This document shows, piece by piece, positions 52,899 to 58,651 of a stretch of 58,651 nucleotides of DNA. The stretch spans positions 1 to 58,651 of the forward strand of contig JAHFFW010000015.1 in NCBI GenBank assembly GCA_023247725.1, read 5' to 3'. The stretch is from Candidatus Omnitrophota bacterium (GTDB lineage: Bacteria; Omnitrophota; Gorgyraeia; Zapsychrales; JAHFFX01). Numbering within the stretch: the stretch's first letter is position 1; each line of letters begins with the position of its first letter. A program made the position numbers and the translations under genes. The notes beneath the pieces were generated by a model, which was not told the DNA's origin, did not search any database, and saw nothing but the letters and a program-made list of their open reading frames with translations.

Positions 52899-53975
52899 TT
52901 ATTGTCCGGATGTCTTTTCCGCGGAAGGCTTTTCCGGCGGCATGCGCGCGTTGATCTTGACCCCGACGCTGCGAGCTTCCTTTTTTAAGGCCGTCATTTC
53001 TTCTTTGAGGCTTACAAGCTCATTGCGCAAATTCTGATTTTGTTCATCCAAGGCGATCACCTGATCGATCAAGGCCCTCTTTCTTTTCTGAACGTCGGCC
53101 AGATCGTTAACGGATGCACGCAGAGTATCGACTTGTCCTTGTAAAAATTTAATATCGCCATCGAGCTTGTCTTTGACTTGTTGTTTCTGGCTGAGCTCTT
53201 TATTGGCGGATTGCGCCTGGGCTTGCGATTCCTGCTCTATCTGGTCATTGCGCTCTTGCTGCCACTCTTCTTCCTTATTCAATTGTTGCCATTGGCCATT
53301 GAGGCTGTCATTTTCCTTCTGCAGCTGGGTGATTTCCGATTTGATTTTTTCATCCTCGGACATAATCTCATTGAGCTGCTGACTGAGATCCTCCTGCTCT
53401 TTTTGGCTTTCCTCCAATTGACCCTTGAGCTGGTCAATCTCCTGCGCCAGGGCCTGGTCCTTCGCAGGCAGGGTTTCGGCCAATTTAATTTCCAGTAACA
53501 GCATACTTTTTTGGGCTTCCAGATCGGCAATCTTCATTTTCCAAAGGCGGTGCAACTCATCGAGCTGGGCTAATTCCCCCTTTAACGATGTGCCTTCCTC
53601 GTCGAGTGCGGCGAGTTCTTGCTGCAATTGTTCAATCTCTTGCTGGGTATTGGCGGCCTTTTCCTCCTGCTTTGCCATAAACTGCTTCAACTCTTTGACC
53701 TGATTCTCTTTCTTTGCATTTTCCGCCTGATATTGGCCAATGGAATCTTTGAGCTCGTTGATTTGTTTTTGCAAGGCGTCCGATTCGGCCTGCAGGCGGA
53801 CGTTTTCGGCAATCACCTTTTGCGTTGAGTCCTTGACCTCATCAACGGCCTTCTTCCATTCGGGAACAGCCAGATCCTCCTCAACCCCAAAAACATAAAA
53901 GGGAATAAAAAGCACCACTCCGACGATCACAAAGGTCCGGGCCCGTGAATTCAGATTTTGCATAAGTGGGTTCAT
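52899..53975 (-). CDS. Membrane-anchored Q/E-rich coiled-coil protein
   Basis: N-terminal TM segment (FVIVGVVLFIPFYVF), then about 300 aa of heptad-like Q/E/L/K sequence. Confidence 0.6.
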   Translation of the reverse strand: MNPLMQNLNSRARTFVIVGVVLFIPFYVFGVEEDLAVPEWKKAVDEVKDSTQKVIAENVRLQAESDALQKQINELKDSIGQYQAENAKKENQVKELKQFMAKQEEKAANTQQEIEQLQQELAALDEEGTSLKGELAQLDELHRLWKMKIADLEAQKSMLLLEIKLAETLPAKDQALAQEIDQLKGQLEESQKEQEDLSQQLNEIMSEDEKIKSEITQLQKENDSLNGQWQQLNKEEEWQQERNDQIEQESQAQAQSANKELSQKQQVKDKLDGDIKFLQGQVDTLRASVNDLADVQKRKRALIDQVIALDEQNQNLRNELVSLKEEMTALKKEARSVGVKINARMPPEKPSAEKTSGQ

Positions 53976-54091
53976 TATAATAATAATAATTCCTCAGGGC
54001 AAATAAAAACCTCGGAATTTACGAGAAAATTCCGTGCATCCTCCTAGAGAAAGCGGATTTCAATGGTGACCCGGGTATCCGGATTTCCATC

Positions 54092-54156
54092 ATGACCAAA
54101 GCACCAATGCTCAAAACTGAAATTTGGTGCTTTGAGATTTGGTCATTCCTTTTTTC
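54092..54156 (+). terminator. Plus-strand-oriented terminator-like hairpin with no plus-strand gene upstream
   Basis: ATGACCAA-AGCACCAA...TTGGTGCT-ttgagat-TTGGTCAT followed by TCCTTTTTTC. Confidence 0.3.
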
Positions 54157-54207
54157 ACCTAAATGATCCCCGTGAGTTTTATCGTCAGGGACAAAATTCC
54201 CCGACCC

Positions 54208-55044
54208 TTATTCTAATTTTTGTCGGATCAGCTGGCCATAGGCTCGGAACAACTTGCGGGTGAGGGGCCCGGCCTTCCTTTTTCCGATAGGATGTTCGCC
54301 CACGTTGACCAACGGCATGATTCCCATGACCGAATTGGTCAAAAAGGCCTCCTGGGCTTCCCACAATTTCTGCGGCTTGGCTTTGACCGATAAAACTTTC
54401 AATCCCATCCGTCGGGCCAACCCAATAACCGTCTGCCGGGTGATTCCTTTAAGACATCCGCAGGCCAAAGCAGGGGTGTAAAGGATTCCGTAGGAAATAA
54501 AAAAGAGATTGCTCCGGGAGCCTTCCATCAAAAACCCGTCGCGATTCAAAAGAACCATCTCTTCATATCCTCTTCGAACCGCTTTTTGGTAAGCCCGCAG
54601 ATACGGCAGATACTCGATCGATTTGATCCGCTTCTCTTTGGGGAACAACTTCCTTTCGAAAACTGCCAGGCCTGCCTTCATTCCCCGTCGATATCGGAAC
54701 TCGGGGATAGGGCGATGCGGCAAGGCGATCGTGCAGATCCGATCCCTTCCCTGATCACGCCAGACGGTCAAGCGCAGCCGCGCGGTTTTGAGCCGGTTGG
54801 CCGAAAGGGTCGCGCGCAAATATTCCTTCAATTTTTTAACAGCACATGGCCTCGTTAAGTTTAACACCTTGAGCCCTCTATCAAGCCGCTGCAGATGCTC
54901 ATCGAGGGCATAAATTTTTCCCTCCTGGGCCAGCATGGTTTCAAAGACGCCGCGGCCGCGCAATTTTCCCGGCGAAAAGGACTCCAAAGTTTTCTGCGGC
55001 GAGGCAATCAGGGTTCCGTCGAGGATCATTTTTTTCTTGCTCAT
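54208..55044 (-). CDS. Class IV aminotransferase, probable aminodeoxychorismate lyase
   Basis: Fold-type IV PLP enzyme blocks, located directly downstream of the pabB-like gene. Confidence 0.75.
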   Translation of the reverse strand: MSKKKMILDGTLIASPQKTLESFSPGKLRGRGVFETMLAQEGKIYALDEHLQRLDRGLKVLNLTRPCAVKKLKEYLRATLSANRLKTARLRLTVWRDQGRDRICTIALPHRPIPEFRYRRGMKAGLAVFERKLFPKEKRIKSIEYLPYLRAYQKAVRRGYEEMVLLNRDGFLMEGSRSNLFFISYGILYTPALACGCLKGITRQTVIGLARRMGLKVLSVKAKPQKLWEAQEAFLTNSVMGIMPLVNVGEHPIGKRKAGPLTRKLFRAYGQLIRQKLE

Positions 55045-55054
55045 GTTTCTTCAC

Positions 55055-56452
55055 TCATGACTTATATTTTAAGGCATCCTTAAGCCCCCGGGCCTTGACC
55101 AGTGTTTCCTGATACTCCGTGGCTGGCGTTGAATCAGCGACAATCCCGCTTCCCACATGAAAATAAATCTTTCTGTCCTTCACCAAGAACGTCCGAATGA
55201 GGATATTGAAATCCAGATTTCCCGAAAAATCCATATACCCCAAGGTCCCGGTATAAATTCCCCGACGGGCCGATTCAAGCTCTTCAATAATCTCCATGGC
55301 GCGGATTTTAGGACAGCCGGTAATGGATCCTCCCGGGAAACAGGACTGCAAAAGATCGAATCCATCCTGATCTTTACGCAGAATCCCTTCAATCGTGGAC
55401 GTCGTTTGAAAGACCGTCCGGTAGGTTTCTAAAGAGCGCATGGTTTTCACTTTAACGCTTCCGTATTCGCAAACTCGGCCGAGGTCGTTTCGCTCCAGAT
55501 CCGTGATCATCAAAAGTTCCGCTCTTTCCTTGGCGCTATTGTCTAATTCCCGCCGCATCCGTCGGTCCTCCTGCGGCCCCGCTCCTCTCGGTCGTGTTCC
55601 TTTCATGGGCCTCGTTTGCACCCGTTGGCCGTTGAGCCGTAAAAATCTTTCTGGCGAACTGCTGACGATTTGGAAGTTACCGGCATTCAGATATCCGGCG
55701 AAGCATGCTGGCGAAGATTGCCGCAGGGTCTTGTAAAGTTGCACACCCTCAATCACGCCATGATTTCCAGGAGGCTCCCATTCGAACCGTTGGGCCAGGT
55801 TAACCTGATAGATGTCTCCCCGACGGATATAGTCCTTGGCCTTTTTAACCATCATTTCATACATCTTCGCTGAACAATTGCTCCGCCACGGGATCGGTTC
55901 ATGAGGAGCCTTTTTCTTTTTTAAATCCGATGGACTCCCCTGCGTCCCTATCGAAAGTTTGCCTTCCATCTCTTTCAAACGTTGCTGAGCTCGACGCATC
56001 CGTCTATTTTGCGTCCGCTCGGGAAGGCCGCTCGAGGTAATAAAAAGTCTCCGGCGTAAATGATCAATGACGAACACGGTGTCATAAAATCCAAAAAAAC
56101 AGTCGGGGAGATTCAAATCATCGCAGGAACGAGAAGGAATTTTTTCCAGATAAAAACCGGCATCGTAACTTAAAAAACCCACCATTCCCGAGGTCAAAGG
56201 CAAGGCCGCGGGCCTTTGCTCATGATAATGAGCAAAGGCCCGGCGCAGGGCCGGAAAAGGATTCTGTCCCTTTTGCTGGATCGTCCGGAATGGATCAAAT
56301 CCCAAAAATGAATACCGACCTCGGTTTGGATCGACCAAACTGCTTTCCAGAAAAAATACGCACGGTTCGTTTTTGAAGAGATCGAGCAACCGAACCGGTT
56401 CATAAGGGAAGTCGAAACTTTTGATTAAGGGAAATTTCATGAAGTTTCTCAA
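55055..56452 (-). CDS. pabB: Aminodeoxychorismate (or anthranilate) synthase component I
   Basis: Chorismate-binding C-terminal blocks (SSSPERFL, PMKGTRPR, GGSITGCPK, GIYTGTLGY). The pabB assignment follows from the adjacent class IV enzyme. Confidence 0.8.
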   Translation of the reverse strand: MRNFMKFPLIKSFDFPYEPVRLLDLFKNEPCVFFLESSLVDPNRGRYSFLGFDPFRTIQQKGQNPFPALRRAFAHYHEQRPAALPLTSGMVGFLSYDAGFYLEKIPSRSCDDLNLPDCFFGFYDTVFVIDHLRRRLFITSSGLPERTQNRRMRRAQQRLKEMEGKLSIGTQGSPSDLKKKKAPHEPIPWRSNCSAKMYEMMVKKAKDYIRRGDIYQVNLAQRFEWEPPGNHGVIEGVQLYKTLRQSSPACFAGYLNAGNFQIVSSSPERFLRLNGQRVQTRPMKGTRPRGAGPQEDRRMRRELDNSAKERAELLMITDLERNDLGRVCEYGSVKVKTMRSLETYRTVFQTTSTIEGILRKDQDGFDLLQSCFPGGSITGCPKIRAMEIIEELESARRGIYTGTLGYMDFSGNLDFNILIRTFLVKDRKIYFHVGSGIVADSTPATEYQETLVKARGLKDALKYKS

Positions 56453-57396
56453 ATTCCGGATAGCCGGGTATCCGGATAACCGGATACGGGCTTTCGTTTC
56501 ACTCCGTAAACCGGCCAGCGCACGGCCGGACGAAAAGATTCTTTAACAACAGTCATATTTTCCAGACCAAAATCATCCATGGCATTGATGAGTTCATAGG
56601 AATGGATCGCCGGATCCTGACAGAATTTCCGGAAAATCGCTGACGTAATTCCTTTCCTATTTAAATCCGCAATCTCAAACGCGACACAGAAGACCTCCGG
56701 GGTCAAGGGATAGCCGAAGGTCATGGCTTTGATTTTCCCGTCGACGCGGATGACCCTCCCGATTAATCCGCCATGGTCAAAATCCCCTAAGGCCCGGGAC
56801 AAGGCCATGCGGCTATCATCCAGCATCTGATTATAAACCTCCTCGCGATAAACCCGGCGACGGTTTTTCGCCCAATCGTCGTACAACAAAAGACATTCTT
56901 CCCGCATCGCCGGATCAAAAGGACGATATTCATAATCGTTATGTTTGACAAAATGATTATACGCCCAGCGTTTGGATTTATAAGCATTCCCAAGCAAAGC
57001 GCCAATCGCCGTCCGCCGATAGCCATACTCCATTCCTTTTTCATAATAAACAAATTCTTCCGGCGAGAAAAGATTCAAATCATCACAAGCCACATGCTCC
57101 ACCCGGCACATGGCGCCCACTCCATTTTCGCGTTCCATGAAACGAAAGCATTCTTCCAGGGCGGCTTGAGGATTTTGTCCCAAGGGAGGAAGATAAAGAA
57201 AGATCCCCAAAGAATTTTTCGCCCATACGCATAAACATTGGGCGATCACCTGGAAATCAAACTCAAAACAATCACTCCAGAGGAAGATATGGCTGAACGA
57301 ATATGCGGATAGGGAAGGTCGATGAAAGGCGTAACGTTCGAACAGCGCTTTATGCTTGTGCGACAAAGAAGGCATGGGACTACAATTCAAGCGCAA
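56449..57396 (-). CDS. DUF2156 / MprF C-terminal-like (aminoacyl-lipid synthase-type GNAT fold) protein, tentative
   Basis: The N-terminal ...LFERYAFHRPSLSAYSFSHIFLWSD pattern and the length fit DUF2156. It overlaps pabB by 4 nt. Confidence 0.55.
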   Translation of the reverse strand: MRLNCSPMPSLSHKHKALFERYAFHRPSLSAYSFSHIFLWSDCFEFDFQVIAQCLCVWAKNSLGIFLYLPPLGQNPQAALEECFRFMERENGVGAMCRVEHVACDDLNLFSPEEFVYYEKGMEYGYRRTAIGALLGNAYKSKRWAYNHFVKHNDYEYRPFDPAMREECLLLYDDWAKNRRRVYREEVYNQMLDDSRMALSRALGDFDHGGLIGRVIRVDGKIKAMTFGYPLTPEVFCVAFEIADLNRKGITSAIFRKFCQDPAIHSYELINAMDDFGLENMTVVKESFRPAVRWPVYGVKRKPVSGYPDTRLSGI

Positions 57397-57913
57397 AGAC
57401 CGGTTCCAATTCGTCGGCGTACATCGAAAAATCGCCGGCCAATTCCGGGTTGGCCCGCAGAAAATCTTTGACTTGCGGATGGGAAAAATAATTTTTTAAA
57501 TACTGAACATATTCTTCATAAGGAGGGCTCTGCAGTGTTTGCTCAATGAACGGACAATTCCGATGGACACAAACACGAATCTTTTCTTCTTTTCGATCCA
57601 GAACAAAGGGATATAAACGGCAATCAAAAGGCCGCCGGGCATAAATCCGGCAGGTCCCTTCACTACGATGAAGAAACACGCAGGTAAAACAAGAACTTGA
57701 ATCCGCCTTCTGCGCGAGGATATATCCTTGCGGAGTAAAAATTTCCCGGCGGAGAATCTCCGTTGCGAGATCCGAACGCTTAATGGCGTCTTTTTCTGAG
57801 GCCGCCACCTTCGGCCGCCAACGGCTGTCTTCTTCCTTGAATCGGCAGCAGCCATCGCACGCCAGACAAATTTCCGATGTCACATATTGTTTTAATTCCG
57901 GGAGTGTCGTCAT
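57380..57913 (-). CDS. YkgJ/UPF0153-type cysteine-cluster protein
   Basis: CLACDGCCRF and GTCRIYARRPFDCRLYPF motifs; paralog of 128-691. Confidence 0.75.
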   Translation of the reverse strand: MTTLPELKQYVTSEICLACDGCCRFKEEDSRWRPKVAASEKDAIKRSDLATEILRREIFTPQGYILAQKADSSSCFTCVFLHRSEGTCRIYARRPFDCRLYPFVLDRKEEKIRVCVHRNCPFIEQTLQSPPYEEYVQYLKNYFSHPQVKDFLRANPELAGDFSMYADELEPVFALEL

Positions 57914-58365
57914 TCGCCTAAAAATTGCAAAACCAATTTTCTTTGCCTTGGACGGTTATCAAAATCCACCAGGACAATCTGCTGCCATTGGCCCAAAACC
58001 ATTTTTCCGTCGGAAAATGGCAGCGTTAAAGAAGCTCCGACGACCGCCGAACGCAGATGCGCGTGACCGTTACCGTCATTCCAGGCCTCATCATGATGAT
58101 AACCGGGGCCTTTGGGAATAAGGCGGTTCATCAGTTCTCCCAGATCTTGAATTAATCCAGGTTCAAACTCGAGGGTGGTTAATCCGGCGGTCGAGCCGCA
58201 GACATTGATATTCACAATCCCATTTTTTAAACCGGTCGTCTTTAATTTCTGTTGAACCAGAGAGCTAATATCCAAGCAATCATTCTCTCCTTGAGTCGAA
58301 AGATTCAGATGTTCTGTTTTAATGATCATAAAAAATTCCCATTTGCCCCCAGCTCCAAGTTCCAA
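57910..58365 (-). CDS. YjbQ/UPF0047 family protein (second copy)
   Basis: STAGLTTLEFEPG...NGHAHLRS...GQWQQIVLVDFDNRPR blocks. It overlaps the next gene by 4 nt. Confidence 0.85.
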   Translation of the reverse strand: MELGAGGKWEFFMIIKTEHLNLSTQGENDCLDISSLVQQKLKTTGLKNGIVNINVCGSTAGLTTLEFEPGLIQDLGELMNRLIPKGPGYHHDEAWNDGNGHAHLRSAVVGASLTLPFSDGKMVLGQWQQIVLVDFDNRPRQRKLVLQFLGE

Positions 58366-58440
58366 GCCCCTAGTACATTGTTAAGTTAGTTGTTAATGGT
58401 TTATAATTTCATGGTATTATCTTCCGAGAGGAGATGACCC

Positions 58441-58651
58441 ATGAGCCAAAAAAGCCATTGTGTAAAACTGAAGAAGCAAGCTCGTCAGTACTTACAAAAG
58501 ATCGTTGAATCAGGTGAAGACAAGGCCAGGAAAATCACGCGATGCCGAATCCTGCTGTTGGCCGCTCAAGACAGAACAGATCAAGAAATATCCGCTGCGC
58601 TAAACGTATGTCTGGCGACCATATTCAATATTAGACGGCGCTTCTGCCAGA
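58441..58651 (+). mobile_element. N-terminal HTH part of an IS630-like transposase (cut by the window end)
   Basis: GAGAGGAG RBS. The sequence L..IVESGEDKARKITRCRILLLAAQDRTDQEISAALNVCLATIFNIRRRF matches the ILL...G.....IA..L.vs..TV...r.RF pattern of IS630/Tc1-type N-termini. Confidence 0.45.

Noticed and set aside
1-58651. tRNA, rRNA, tmRNA, RNase P or SRP RNA genes
   Set aside because: No T-loop GGTTCGAATCC-type boxes and no conserved cores of these RNAs were noticed in the intergenic gaps. This was a visual scan only, so tRNAscan-SE/Infernal should confirm it.

Overview
This is a 58.6-kb chromosomal window from a diderm bacterium; the lineage cannot be assigned from this window alone. It holds about 55 protein genes, nearly all on the minus strand, in tightly packed and often overlapping operons. 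No rRNA, tRNA or CRISPR array was seen. Housekeeping genes: thiS-thiG-thiH (+), cysK, mnmG, mnmE, folC, purH, rpsU (52 aa, below the ORF-track cutoff), nth, era, pabB plus a class-IV aminotransferase, an aspartate-type aminotransferase and an Lrp regulator. Accessory blocks: (i) treZ-treY trehalose synthesis next to a LacI regulator and a glycan-utilisation island. The island has a GH94 phosphorylase, a GPH symporter, a GH2-like hydrolase, secreted proteins sharing a triplicated ~125-aa module, and an ABC binding-protein remnant. (ii) A two-gene ATP-grasp ligase + lysine 2,3-aminomutase operon behind a promoter-to-terminator leader. (iii) An MNT/HEPN toxin-antitoxin pair translationally coupled to a PfkB kinase. 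(iv) An envelope operon: TPR, M48 peptidase, M1 peptidase fused to an Omp85-type barrel, TMTC-like glycosyltransferase. The most unusual signals are non-coding. Family 1 is a 109-nt structured repeat with inverted termini and two hairpins, in 4-5 full or truncated copies, each abutting a minus-strand start codon. Family 2 is a two-hairpin element with three compensatory base-pair swaps between its two copies, each copy lying at the 3' end of a transcription unit. Several near-consensus sigma70-type promoters (TTGACA-17/18-TAnnnT) and hairpin terminators give a rough transcription-unit map. The window ends in the N-terminus of an IS630-like transposase. All calls rest on reading the sequence and ORF translations by eye; no database search was run.
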